Position numbers and translations under genes: made by a program. A stretch of DNA of 64,000 bases from Macrostomum lignano (lineage: Eukaryota), in assembly GCA_002269645.1 (NCBI GenBank), contig NIVC01002100.1, forward strand, positions 124,001 to 188,000, written 5' to 3'. Of this stretch, positions 24,101-36,900 are shown piece by piece (the first letter of the stretch is position 1; the number at the start of each line of letters is the position of its first letter). The notes under the pieces were generated by a model that ran no database searches, was not told the origin of the DNA, and saw only the letters and a list, made by a program, of their open reading frames with translations.

Positions 24101-24368
24101 GGTTAGGTGTAACAGGTGATATTCAGTCTGCTGTGCCTTCTATGTTGGCTGGACTAGCAATCCAATCTACTGTAATATCCATATTGGCTAGACTAGCAAT
24201 CCAATCTACTGTAATATCCATATTGGCTAGACTAGCAATCCATTCCACTCCCTCATTCCAGTCGCCGGCCGCCAGAACGCGGCCTTCAGTGCCGAAGAGA
24301 CCCCCAAAGAGCCGCCTGCTGCCCCGGCCTGCAAGTGGGTGGACTTCAACGAAGACTCAGTGGCTTGA
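11319..24368 (+). CDS. ABCA1-like: ABCA-subfamily full transporter, paralogue B (about 2460 aa with the inferred tail)
   Basis: Exons: 11319-11387 ([23 protein letters not shown]), 11466-11692, 13557-13672, 13767-13888, 14442-14642, 14728-14808, 14996-15305, 15587-15735, 15817-15936, 16382-16861, 17001-17678, 17795-18278, 18381-18749, 18826-20302, 20414-21209, 21296-21788, 21904-22114, 22256-22514, 22604-22951, 23032-23116 (VFINFAK motif). Inferred tail exons: 23550-23630, 23947-24075, 24262-24368. Both NBDs are intact ([22 protein letters not shown] and [27 protein letters not shown]). Unspliced read-through of exon 20 would stop at 23142 instead, so the 3' end is less certain than the core. 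Confidence 0.9.
12599..13503. repeat. 43-bp minisatellite, about 21 copies, intron 2 of gene B
   Basis: Unit GCTGGTCCAGTTCTCTGCA(G/A)CCCAGCTGCTC(C/T)ATCACATCCAT. Confidence 0.97.
13919..14420. repeat. 30-bp minisatellite, about 16 copies, filling intron 4 of gene B
   Basis: Unit CTGCTCAGTCT(G/A)GTGACTGCAGAACCCCAG. Confidence 0.97.
15068..15130 (+). repeat. Coding (GGC)13 plus AGC/GGC repeat giving poly-Gly/GSS in exon 7 of gene B
   Basis: In frame within exon 14996-15305: ...RALI-G13[13 protein letters not shown]... Confidence 0.9.
15342..15465. repeat. Short nested duplication (about 59 bp x2, built from about 29-bp subunits), intron 7 of gene B
   Basis: CTCTGAATGGGGCTGGGTGGCCCCGGCTTATCTGGCTGGGGCTGGGTGG occurs twice. 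Confidence 0.85.
23295..23432. repeat. Compound (GGT)n/(GCT)n trinucleotide tract
   Basis: Direct reading: ggtggtggt...gctgctgct. Confidence 0.93.
24150..24245. repeat. About 41-bp tandem repeat, 2.3 copies
   Basis: GACTAGCAATCCAATCTACTGTAATATCCATATTGGCTA repeated; lies between inferred tail exons of gene B. Confidence 0.85.
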
Positions 24369-24699
24369 AGTGCTCAACTTTGAGATTGAAGCTCATGCAG
24401 CGTGTATAATTGTCACTTTTTTGTACCCTGTTGATCTCTAAAACTATTGCTGACTCATATTGATGCCGTTTTAATGATAACTTGCCCAAAGCACTATTAA
24501 CTAAACAAAATATTTTGCAACTGGTGAGATACGTAATAATCACAATTATTTTGTACAATTTTAGGTATGCATTAGAGGTATGTTCCGTGCTCTTCTGCGT
24601 TAAATCAGTGTCCACACCTTGCAGGCATTCGTGCATTCATGCGACATGTGCTGGTTGAATTTGGGAACTTATAGGCCAGTTGGGACACTTTTTAGACTG

Positions 24700-25670
24700 T
24701 TCAGACAGTATTGGGACTGTCCGGATATTATTGGGACTGTCCGGACATTAGCGGGACTGTTGGGAAAATATTGGGACTGTCCGGATATTAGCGGGACTGT
24801 TGGGAAAATATTGGGACTGTCCGGATATTAGCGGGACTGTTCGGAAAATATTGGGACTGTCCGGACATTAGCGGGACTGTTGGGAAAATATTGGGACTGT
24901 CCGGACATTAGCGGGACTGTTCGGAAAATATTGGGACTGTCCGGACATTAACGGGACTGTTCGGAAAATATTGGGACTGTCCGGATATTAGCAGGACTGT
25001 TCGGAAAATATTGGGACTGTCCGGATATTAGCAGGACTGTTCGGAAAATATTGGGACTGTCCGGACATTAGCAGGACTGTTCGGAAAATATTGGGACTGT
25101 CCGGACATTAGCGGGACTGTTCGGAAAATATTGGGACTGTCCGGACATTAGCGGGACTGTTGGGAAAATATTGGGACTGTCCGGACATTAGCAGGACTGT
25201 TCGGAAAATATTGGGACTGTCCGGACATTAGCAGGACTGTTCGGAAAATATTGGGACTGTCCGGATATTAGCAGGACTGTTGGGAAAATATTGGGACTGT
25301 CCGGACATTAGCGGGACTGTTGGGAAAATATTGGGACTGTCCGGACATTAGCGGGACTGTTCGGAAAATATTGGGACTGTCCGGACATTAGCAGGACTGT
25401 TCGGAAAATATTGGGACTGTCCGGATATTAGCGGGACTGTTCGGAAAATATTGGGACTGTCCGGACATTAGCGGGACTGTTCGGAAAATATTGGGACTGT
25501 CCGGATATTAGCGGGACTGTTCGGAAAATATTGGGACTGTCCGGACATTAGCGGGACTGTTGGGAAAATATTGGGACTGTCCGGACATTAGCGGGACTGT
25601 TCGGAAAATATTGGGACTGTCCGGACATTAGCGGGACTGTTGGGAAAATATTGGGACTGTCCGGACATTC
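24700..25670. repeat. 40-bp minisatellite (dimer of two related 20-mers), about 24 copies
   Basis: TTGGGACTGTCCGGA(C/T)ATTA + GC(G/A)GGACTGTT(C/G)GGAAAATA. Confidence 0.97.
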
Positions 25671-26009
25671 TTGACTGTCTTAACTTTCTTGACCGTGTCA
25701 AATTCAGATGGCAATTGAAACCATTCGCAAATTCTTTTGAGGTGTTTGTTTGTTAAATGTCTAAATGTATTGCCTTAATCAAAAGATTCGATTTTTTATG
25801 CGTTTCTTAGATTTTGTTTATTTTTTTATTCAGATATTTCTGTGATATTAAATGCACATTCTGAGACCTGCAGTAGTTCTTCTTTTGCCAACCAATATAA
25901 ACCGCGATCAGCCACTTTCAAGGAAACCTCTGTCACAAGTTCTATTCCAAATTGTTGTGAAAATTTGAATTCAACTGATCTTTGTTCAAGCTCTTTTCGC
26001 TGAAGTTCA

Positions 26010-27480
26010 CCCCATTGTACACTCACCCCATTGCACACTCACCCCATTGTACACTCACCCCATTGCATACTCACCCCATTGCACACTCACCCCATTGCAC
26101 ACTCACCCCATTGCACACTCACCCCATTGCACACTCACCCCCTACTGCACACTCACCCCATTGCACACTCACCCCATTGCATACTCACCCCATTGCACAC
26201 TCACCCCATTGCATACTCACCCCATTGCACACTCACCCCATTGCACACTTACCCCATTGCACACTCACCCCATTGCACACTCACCCCATTGCACACTCAC
26301 CCCATTGCACACTCACCCCATTGCACACTCACCCCATTGCATACTCACCCCATTGCACACTCACCCCATTGCACACTTACCCCATTGCACACTCACCCAC
26401 CCCATTGCACACTCACCCCATTGCACACTCACCCCATTGCACACTTACCCCATTGCACACTCACCCCATTGCACACTCACCCCATTGCACACTCACCCCA
26501 TTGCACACTCGCCCCATCGCACACTTACCCCTTTGCACACTCACCCCATTGCACACTCACCCCATCGCACACTCAGCCCCTACTGCACACTCACCCCATT
26601 GCACACTCACCCCATCGCACACTCAGCCCCTACTGCACACTCACCCCATCGCACACTTACCCCATTGCACACTCAGCCCCTACTGCACACTCACCCCATC
26701 GCACACTTACCCCATTGCACACTCAGCCCCTACTGCACACTCACCCCATCGCACACTTACCCCATTGCACACTCACCCCATTGCACACTCACCCCATTGC
26801 ATACTCACCCCATTGCACACTCACCCCATCGCACACTTACCCCATTGCACACTCACCCCATTGCACACTCACCCCATTGCACACTCACCCCATTGCACAC
26901 TCACCCCATCGCACACTCACCCCAACTGCACACTCACCCCATTGCACACTTACCCCATTGCACACTCACCCCATTGCACACTTACCCCATTGCACACTCA
27001 CCCCATTGCACACTCGCCCCATCGCACACTTACCCCATTGCACACTCACCCCATTGCACACTCACCCCATTGCACACTCACCCCATTGCACACTCACCCC
27101 ATCGCACACTCAGCCCCTACTGCACACTCACCCCATTGCACACTCACCCCATCGCACACTCAGCCCCTACTGCACACTCACCCCATCGCACACTTACCCC
27201 ATTGCACACTCAGCCCCTACTGCACACTCACCCCATCGCACACTTACCCCATTGCACACTCACCCCATTGCACACTCACCCCATTGCACACTCACCCCAT
27301 TGCACACTCACCCCATTGCACACTCACCCCATTGCACACTCAGCCCCTACTGCACACTCACCCACTACTGCACCTCACCCCCTGCTGCACCCTTATTGCA
27401 TACTTCACCACATTGCACACTCACCCCCTACTGTACACTCACCCCCTGCTGCACCCTTATTGCGTACTTCACCACGTTGC
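26010..27480. repeat. 16-bp minisatellite, about 90 copies, degenerating at its right end
   Basis: Unit TTGCACACTCACCCCA with variants (TCGC, CTTA, CAGCCCCTACTG); explains three long 16-aa periodic ORFs. Confidence 0.97.
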
Positions 27481-27925
27481 AAACTTGCAATATGAGACAC
27501 TTCGTACATGCACTACGTAAAGCATAAGTATTGATATACCGCATAGTAGACACTTGGACGGCAGAAGATGAACTCTACAATGCGACACAGTAACATATAT
27601 TTGTGAATCAATGCTGACAGAGCCGCTACAAAAGGACAGGAAAATAAAATTAATTTAGGAATGCAGCTGTTGTACTTCTACCTGCATGTTCTGCTTGCAT
27701 ACTAGTAGCTAAAAACATTCTGCATTTTTGAGCACCTACGGGCGTAAATAGAGGAACCAGCAGTGGAGTAAAATCTTATTGCTAGAGGGCTAAAACTGAC
27801 TTCATTTGACTTATCTGGCATGTACAGTGACTAAAAGCAACACTGAAACTTCGCGTCATATTTCATCATTTCACGCGCGAAAGATTTAAGCAGGAGAATT
27901 CCGACTGGAGTTGAATGTCCAGCCC

Positions 27926-30900
27926 TCATGTGGCCATCTCTGACTGATTCTTAGCGAAATTGATGAACACCTGGAAAAATGAAACAAGATTGAAAATTTC
28001 AACTAAACCCATAAAATATGTTGCTCGCTCTTGACAGAAGTACCAGTTTACCTGGTCGAGAGTGGTCTGGTTGACGCTGTAGTCCAGCACCAGACCGTTG
28101 TCCTTGAGCCTCTGGACGCTCTCAAAGATGGTCCTGAGCCTCACGGTCTGCTTCAGCTGGTACTGCAGCACAGCCGCGTGGTTCTCGCACAGCATGGCGT
28201 CCGGAAAGGCCGATATGAACGCTTCGTGAGCTCTCTCCAGCTGACCTTCCGTGTTATCGATGGTAGCGGAGGCCGAGGCAGAGGCGGATGTCGCCTCCTG
28301 CGACTGCGGCTGACGAACGCGCAGGAAGATGGTGAACCCTTGGCCGAACTTGTTCTTCAAGTGCTGAGGACTGCCGATGCACTGCAGTCTGCCGTTCACC
28401 TGTGTGAGATGTTAGTGAAGGTATGGTGGGGAAAGTGAGCTGCTTGGCTGCTGCATGAGCTGCAATACCAGCACTGAGCTGCTCTCACCATGATGGTGAG
28501 CCTGTGACACAGCGCTTGGCAATCCTCCATGCTGTGAGTTGTGAGAATGACGCACGAGCCAGCAGTGACCATGCGTTGGATGCAGCGCCAAAGGAATCTG
28601 CGAGCTCCAGGGTCCATGCCGGCAGTTGGCTCGTCCAGGAACACGATCGGCGGGTTGCCGATGAACGCGATGCCGCAAGAGAGCTTGCGCTTGTTGCCTC
28701 CGCTGTACTCCTGAGTGGTCTTGTCCAGGTGCGCCTCGATGCCCACCCTGCGGTGTCGAGGTGGCCCTGCGTACAATCTTCTCATTTCAAAAGCGCACTT
28801 TTTAGAGTAACATTCATTTAATTTCAATTTCACTTCCATCGTTTCACTTATTAGAGTAACGCGAGCAAGAGCAAGATCGGTGACGAACCTCTTTGAGATG
28901 GTCTCCACCAGCTGGTCGATGTCCTCCTCCTCCACGCCTCGAATCCTCGCGTACAGCTGCAGCGTCTCCCTGCCGGTCAGTAGTGGCAGCAGCGCATCGA
29001 ACTGGGGACAATATCCCAGCTGCTTGTGCACCTCGAGAGCCTCCGTCAGGATTGAGAAGCCGCCGACTCGAGCGTCTCCGCTCGTCGGTGTGAGGTCACC
29101 TGAGGTCATCGAGGCATCGAGGGTGAAAATGCATGCATTGAGCATTTAAAGTGCAAAAAGCAAATCGATAGGACCTCTTGAACCTACGGACAGCATCTGC
29201 TCCCAGCGACTCACCAGTCAGCATCTTGAACGTGGTCGTCTTGCCAGCTCCGTTGACGCCCAAGAAGCCGAAGCACTCCTGAGACTTCACTCCCAGACTG
29301 ATGCCTTTGACGGCGGCTCTCGGTCCGGAGCTGGTGCTGAAAATCTTGACGAGCCGCTGCAGTTCGAGCAAGTAGGAGCTGGCGCCGGCTCCGTCAACCT
29401 TGGCAGCTTCAGCGAGCACGTCATCGTCGATCTCCGCTGCTTCCGGCTGCCGCAGCGCGCGCTCGTACTCGGCGCGGTAGAAGAGGCGGAAGAAGCGCGA
29501 GGACACGAGGCCCTGCTTGCAGCAGCAGTTGTACTCGAGCAGCAGTACGAGCGCAAAGTACACAACACTGTGCGCCACAAGGCAGGCCAGATATCGGCCA
29601 GAGGCGCTCCAGGCGCTGTCGTGGATGTCGATTCCCCCGATAATTTTTTTAAACACTGCGCTGCTGAGTCCGGTTTCAATTCTCATTTTCTCTAGCTTGA
29701 CCGATACCTGCGCCAAGATCAAGGCAGATGTTTTATTAATTTCTGAATGGTTTGAAGCACCGGTAGCAGGCCCTCAGAATAAAATTATGCATTTATTCTG
29801 CGCAGTTTCTCTGGAGCTTCTCAAGCTCCATGGAGACAGTAGGGACCAACTTGAGAAGGGGTCGGCAAACCACAAAGTCTAAATAAAGAATCCAGCTCAA
29901 GGCTGCGTGCCATGCCCAGATGAGAGAAGAAATGAGAAAATAGATGAGAGAATGAGAGAAAAGTTAAGAGGAGATGAGTGGACGAGAGAAGAAGAGAAGA
30001 CATAAAAACATGAGAAGAGTCCTTATCGTAAACCTTAAGAGGGCCAGCCTGCTTATGGCCTGCTATGGTGAAGTTTCAGAGAACCTAAGGGCCTGATGGA
30101 GAAGCATCGCGGGCCCCATCTGGTCTGAATCAGAGGCTCAGACCCAGTCAACTGCGTGGCTTTTCCCTGCTGCAATCGGAGTTTCGACTTGAAAGACTTT
30201 CTACGGCAAAATATACATGCTACGCGGATTATCAGACTGAAGCGATGGTAGGATTAGCAAATTTCAATATACGAGTTATGATAAAAGCAGCAAATGCGTC
30301 ATGACTGCGACTGGCCGAGCTCTCACCTGATAGAAGACATTCAGTTCGACTAGCGACTGGCCCAGACAGAAATGTGGCAGCACGAGAAATGCGTTCTTGA
30401 GTATGCCCGCCACGTGCAGCAGTGATTCGTCATTGTTTTGCTGACCGATGAGTCTGACAATGGTCACTGACATTGTGGTCACGAGTCCAAAGCACAAGTT
30501 CAGGCATGACAGCAAGGTGAACGCCTTGCTCGGAACGGTCATCACCCAGCTAAAGGGGTACATCATTGGTGCACTGGCGAACCCGAAAAGTATCATGGTC
30601 AGCAGGAACGGTCCGATGGTCTGCGCACCAACGAACTCGTAGTTCTTGAATGCCACGAACAAGAGGATCACAATGGTCAGCGGCACCATGTAGTTCAACA
30701 GGTTCCAGATGTGGTTCACGACCCAGTACAGAATGGGGTTAATTCCGGACACGAACTGCACTTGTTTAGAATTTGTACTTCTCTCGGAGATGAGGAAGAG
30801 TACAAAGCTGGCGGGAATGAAGGACAGGGCGAAAACAATGAACACAATTATCGCGGCGGACATTGCCACATCGTTTTTAAGTACGTTTTTTGCGTGCTTC

Positions 30901-33900
30901 AGCCGAGAAGTGATGGGGTGAGTCCAGCCGGACACGCCGATCTGGTCAGGCGAGCCGATGCTCTTGTTAGCCAGAGCCCTCATGATGACGTTGCTGAGGG
31001 TGTTGAGGTAGGCAGGCCCGGACACGTAGCCTCGGTTGTCGAACCAGACTTGGTTCACAATGGAGCTCAGATTTTCTTGTTGTCGACTGCTCTCCAGCCA
31101 ACTGTACAGCTGCTCCGTGCTCCTAATTGGGGATCAGATATTAGCGATTCGACTGACTGACTGACTGACTGACTGACTGACTGACTGACTGACTGACTGA
31201 CTGACTGACTGACTGACTGACTGACTGACTGACTGACTGACTGACTGACTGACTGACTGACTGACTGACTGACTGACTGACTGACTGACTGACTGACTGA
31301 CTGACTGACTGACTGACTGACTGACTGACTGACTGACTGACTGACTGACTGACTGACTGACTGACTGACTGACTGACTGACTGACTGACTGACTGACTGA
31401 CTGACTGACTGACTGACTGACTGACTGACTGACTGACTGACTGACTGACTGACTGACTGACTGACTGACTGACTGACTGACTGACTGACTGACTGACTGA
31501 CTGACTGACTGACTGACTGACTGACTGACTGACTGACTGACTGACTGACTGACTGACTGACTGACTGACTGACTGACTGACTGACTGACTGACTGACTGA
31601 CTGACTGACTGACTGACTGACTGACTGAATTAAAGGAGCCTACCTGTCAGAAGTATTGCTGCCAATGAGCGTGTCCATTTGCCTTAGCACCAACGAAGTC
31701 TCCTTTCCAGCGCGGGCCGCGTCTGCACTGACTGGCTGCGAGTCGTTCACGAACAGCGTGTAGCCTCCGAACCTCTTTCGGTAGTACTCCATCACTGTCG
31801 ACTGAATGTAGTTTGTCAGGTTGTAGCCCTGCATGCTCTCCACAATGTCGGAGCTCATCAGAGACTTCCGAGCTGGCGTTGGCCAGTCAACGCACTTGGC
31901 GCTGTTCGGGTAGTCCTTGTACGAGCACTGACACCACGATGTGTTGCTGGGCAGGTTGCTGGGAGTCTCAGACCACACAGAGCCTCGTCGCTGCGTCTTG
32001 CACGGGAAGTCGGGGTTGCTGAACACATCCTCTCGCATGCAGCGAGTTCCGAGGAAGTCCGTGCTGTTCATGTGCAGCATCAGCCGGTTGGACAGGTCGG
32101 TCAGGCTGTGGTTGTTTGGGTAGGCGGTCAGGCTGCGGCTCTGGAACACTGATAGGTCCTTGAGGCGAGATCGCTCTGGCTTGCCGAGCATGTACCAGGG
32201 CGCTAACTCCATCGGTGGATGTTCACCTACTTTAGGCACAATCTTGAGCAGAGCGAGGGCCAGGAGGATAAACATTGGAGGTAGCACAAACTCGGCGAGG
32301 AATCCGATCTTTGAGCGACGCATTACGTGGAAGCGCTTGAGCCAGAGCGCCTTGATTTGCTGCCACAAAGGCCGCCGCGTCCTTCGTACTTTCTGCTGAC
32401 TCTGAGACTCTGCTGATATATTTTCTCTTGAACTGCGGCTGCTCTCACCGCCTTCTGTATTGCTACTCATCGCTTGTTCCAAGTACCGCCGTCGTACACT
32501 TTCCCTATAAGACGGGCGAAACTCGACAACGGAGGAGTTACAGAGCAGTTCCTCTTTTTTTTGATCAGGCAGCCCAGTCACAGCGAGAAAAATCTCTTCG
32601 AGGGAGCTGTCCTCGATACCGTATGAAGAGATTCCCAGCTGTAGGTGAAGTTCGTCCAAAGTTTCAAACAGGTCAGCAAATAGAGGCACAGAGCTGTATG
32701 GCAGCCTGATGTTGATCTCACTGGATGTGCACTCAGCCAGATTTGCCTCTGGGACCTCAGACTGCACCGAATTCAGCACTAAATCAAGCTCGCAGTCTGG
32801 CGAAGCCTTCACCAGAGTCAGGGTGTAGCCCTCACCGAACTCTTTCTTCAGAAACATCGGAGAGCCTGAGCACACGAGACGGCCCTTGTTGATGACGCAG
32901 ATTCGGTCGCCCAGAATTTCCGCCTCGTCCATGTGGTGGGTGGTCAGGATGATGGTGCGGCCCTGACGATACTTTGCCAATACGTCCCAGATCGAGCGAC
33001 GTGCGTGGGGGTCCACGCCTGAAGTTAAATATAATGGAGTACAATGGAGAATTCAAGAATTGGATTCCAAACGCAGACATTTCATACTTTATGTCGAAGG
33101 AACGCTTCATCTGGTTCTGAGACGGTCTAAACCCACAAAGTTTTGTCAATACAAAAGACTTCAAGAAAAATGGCGTAGTATAATTAAGTCAACTCTATTG
33201 GTTAATTTAACGAAATTTTGCTGATTCTGATAATTAAACACAGACAAAAATTGTTGAACTTCATGGAAACAACATGAAGCGGCGGTATTATAGTTGCAGC
33301 ATATTCTGGTCAACAGGGCTCTCTCTTTTTCTCGCTTTGTAAGAGAGAAAAATGTCTTCAAATGTCACCCAGGCCACCCGCAGAGCTCACCGGCAGTTGG
33401 TTCGTCCAGAACAACGACTTTCGATCCGCCTATAAATGCCAGGGCAACAGACAGCCTTCGCTTCATCCCGCCTGACAGATTACCGCAAATCTCGTGTCTC
33501 TTTTTTTCGAGGCCCACATCGGCGGCCAAGAAGTCAATCTGTACGTTCAGCTCCGCCCTGCTGAGGCCCTTCAGCATGCCGTAGAAGTAGATGTGGTCCT
33601 CAACCGTCAGGGTGTCGAACAGCACATTGTACTGAGGACACAGGCCGAGGTGCCTGCGAATCTGGTCCATCTCTGTGCGGATGTCGTACCCGCCGATGAA
33701 GGCGGTGCCCGATGTCGGCAGAAACAATCCAGTGAGAATCGACATTGTCGTGCTTTTTCCTGTGGCCAAAAGGTTACGTAAACTTTAATAGATCTGAGTT
33801 TGAATCAGCATACGAAAATGAATATCGGGTTCAGCAGCAGCAGAGCTTCGAGAACTAAAATCAGATTTGTCAGCGGTGCAACTCACCGGCGCCGTTGTGA

Positions 33901-36900
33901 CCCAGAAAGGAGGTAATCTGATTTTCGAAGAAGTTGTAGCTGAGGTCGTCAACAGCAGTGAGAGGCTCGGTTTGTCTCCGGCAGGAGAAGCAACCCGGCC
34001 GGTAGATCTTCGACAAATTCCTAATCGCAACGCCCACTTCCAGGTTCGCGGGCTCGTCTTCGAATTGCTGCTTGCTGCTTTCATTGGAATCCACTGAGAC
34101 TGATTCTACTTTGCCATTGGAAAATGCCAGGCTGCTGTCACTGACACCATGTTTGCTTGTGTTCCCGAACCAGAAGGAGTGCAGGAAAGGAAAGTACCAC
34201 GGCTTCGGGACTCCGTACGGGCCGGGGAATAACTTTTCCAGGTACCAGGTGAGCAGCATTAGAATGGCGGAATCGACCCACAGCATCAGAATCACCTAAA
34301 TTCGTTTGAAGGCGAGTTGACAATACAGATAGAAATATTTGATTAGACAGAAATTATTCAGTGGGGGACTCTCAATCATAAATTTTTCATGACGCATAGT
34401 TTTAGTAGTATATTAAAATCAGTATGTACTGCATAAAGCTGTGCTAAAATATCCATAATTTTAGTCCCGCAAATCGGTCAAAGCAAAATCTTACCAAGAA
34501 AAATGACAGCTCCTCACTCCAGAGCGGCGCGCTGAAAAAGTTATTGGCCTGCAGTCCGATCACGGCCAGCTCCCAGTTGCTGATGATCTCGCTGCCAATG
34601 CCGAATGCAATCTGCGGAATCAGAAAGCTCACAATGAAGTGGGCTTGCCTCATGGTGCTGGTGAACTGTATGACCACCAGGTAGATCACGTAGCCGACAA
34701 TGTAGGCCACGGCTGCGACCGCGGCCGCTACGCTTGCGTTGGAGAAGAAGATCGATATGAAGAAGGCCTCACAAATCGTGCTGACCGCGAATGAGACGAT
34801 GAAAAGGAACAAAAGCCCAGGATTTGAGAGGCCGATTATTTGCCCAGCCTTCAGCATCACTGTTATCAGAGTGCCCGAAACCAGCATGATTGCAAATGAG
34901 GTGATGAACCAGGAGACCCAGTGCACTCCGTCGGACAGTCCCATAATCTTCATCATCTCTTTCAGCCGGGTCTCTTTCTCGTAGACAATGGCGTTCACCA
35001 GCACGGACACATTGAATATCCACGTGAAAATCAAGAGCATGGGTAAGAAAGCATTGGTGACTTTGGCGAAGGTGTCATCCATGTAGCACACTGATGGGAA
35101 CATTGTCAAGTAGGTCTGGAGCGGCGCGTTCACGCCTGTAACTTCTGCTTGAATTCCGTGTTCGAGCAGCTCCTGGTGTAAAATGAGAAAATTAAAAAGA
35201 ACTGCGAGTTAAAACAAGACGCGTCCCAGAGTCGTTGCAGGTCACACAGGTAAAATAGAAAAGAAGTGACTCTAAAACGAGCGACACAAGTGACTCTGGG
35301 GCGCTTCTATAATGATGGGCAGTAAAGTCGAACCTGAGGCGTGCAAGAGTCGCTGAAGAGTCACTGAATTGTGTCTAAAGCGCATCTGAGTCACTCTTTG
35401 AAATAAAAAAGTGCATTTCAGATTTTTAATAACTTTACGAGTGTACTTAGTCTGCTTGAGTTAGTAGAAAGGCCACCCCCAGGGATGGGCAAGCTGACCA
35501 CCCCGAACAACATCCGTGATCTTCGCGACTTGGTCCGAGATATCGGCCGGATGAAGGTCGCCGATGCCTCCTCTGTGAACCTGCCGACTACTTGCGGGGC
35601 TAAACCCTCGCACCAGGGTTAAACCTTCGTTTCATGTAAGTAAGTAAGGTAGAAAGTTAAGCGCTAACACAACGACTCTTATACTAATTTTGCGACTCTT
35701 TTACGATGTTACAGCTCCCGTGTTGCTCTCGTGACTCAACAGTGGCCTCTGCATTACAGTCGTTTAAGTACTCGCATTTTTAAAAGTCCCAACAGGTACC
35801 CCAGAGTCTCTAGAGTCACTAGTGAGTTGTTTACTATCACCCTTCATCGGTTCTTGTCACGGTTGCTTTTTCAGTGGGAGTAGCTGGTATGCAGTTTGAA
35901 ATCAGTAATCAATTTTTTCCAGTGAAAATATTTTTCTTGAATGACCTAATGGAAGAAAAGCTCACCTGAATGTATATGAAGAAAGATGTAAAGTACTTAA
36001 AATCGGTTTGAAAATTCGTTCGAGGCTTTGGTTTGAAATGGCTGTCCAATACTTTGAAGTGCCTGGTGCTGTCAATAGAGTTTTCTGGAAATCTTAAGCG
36101 GTACTTCACGAAGCCCGGCGCCAGCTTGTCGAAGAGCAGAGACGCAATGAACAGCGACTTGTTCACTTTCTTGTAGTCTTCCAGTTCGTCGATGAGGAAG
36201 CTGGTGCGGTTTTCCAGCGACTTCTCGGTGCTGAAGCCGCGAAGCTTGCTAAGGCGGAAACAGGCGGTGGCGAAGTACAGCCTGAGCATTAGTGTGTTCG
36301 TTGTATTCAGGGAGTCCTTCCATGTAGAGCTGGTATTCGACTGAGCGGAAGGCGGATCTGGCTGCAGAAACAGCTCCAGGTTCTTGCAGTTGCGACCGTT
36401 GGGCTGCCCGGCGTAGTAAATTTGGCAGTGACTCAGCAGTGTCTGAATGTGTGAAACGAAGGCATACGCATCGAATGCAGACACGCAGTACAACCATATA
36501 GTATAAGGCAGCCCAGGCTCACGGGCTAAGGTCTGCGGTACTACACACGGTCCCTCTCTGTTTTGGTGTAAGAATGGGTAGAGAACCTTCCTCCATGCTG
36601 ATTCACAAGCCGGTCTAGGGGTTCGCCTCCAGCATATGCTTAATGAGGCTGGACTGACAGGGCTCCAGTGGGGGGCAACCCATCCGTGGCCTTGACTTTT
36701 GATTTGGTCATGTTGGGTACGCGGGTTCTCCTGGAAGTGTACCTTTGCGTATCAGGTGCCTCTGGCTACGGATCTAAGGGACTGGTGTTGCCTTTTGAAT
36801 TTAACAGGGTATGCGGCCAGCCCACCAGCCTCTGGAGACAGCCTCTTTGTCTATCAAGAGCCCAGTGTAGCACCGCACTGATGGTCTTTTGGCTCAGCCT

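Larger units (their letters stand above)
21390..29613. repeat. Long inverted repeat: arms 21390-22955 and 28048-29613 (1566 bp each), spacer about 5.1 kb
   Basis: Splice sites in both arms map by p to 51003-p with no indel. The ORF track gives identical mirror ORFs (21858..22607 vs 28396..29145). I saw two substitutions, both synonymous. Confidence 0.95.

Noticed and set aside
29790-30200. Possible LINE remnants in introns (also about 11990-12440 and 36500-37300)
   Set aside because: I saw only faint motif resemblance, with no clear reverse-transcriptase motif, tail or target-site duplication.
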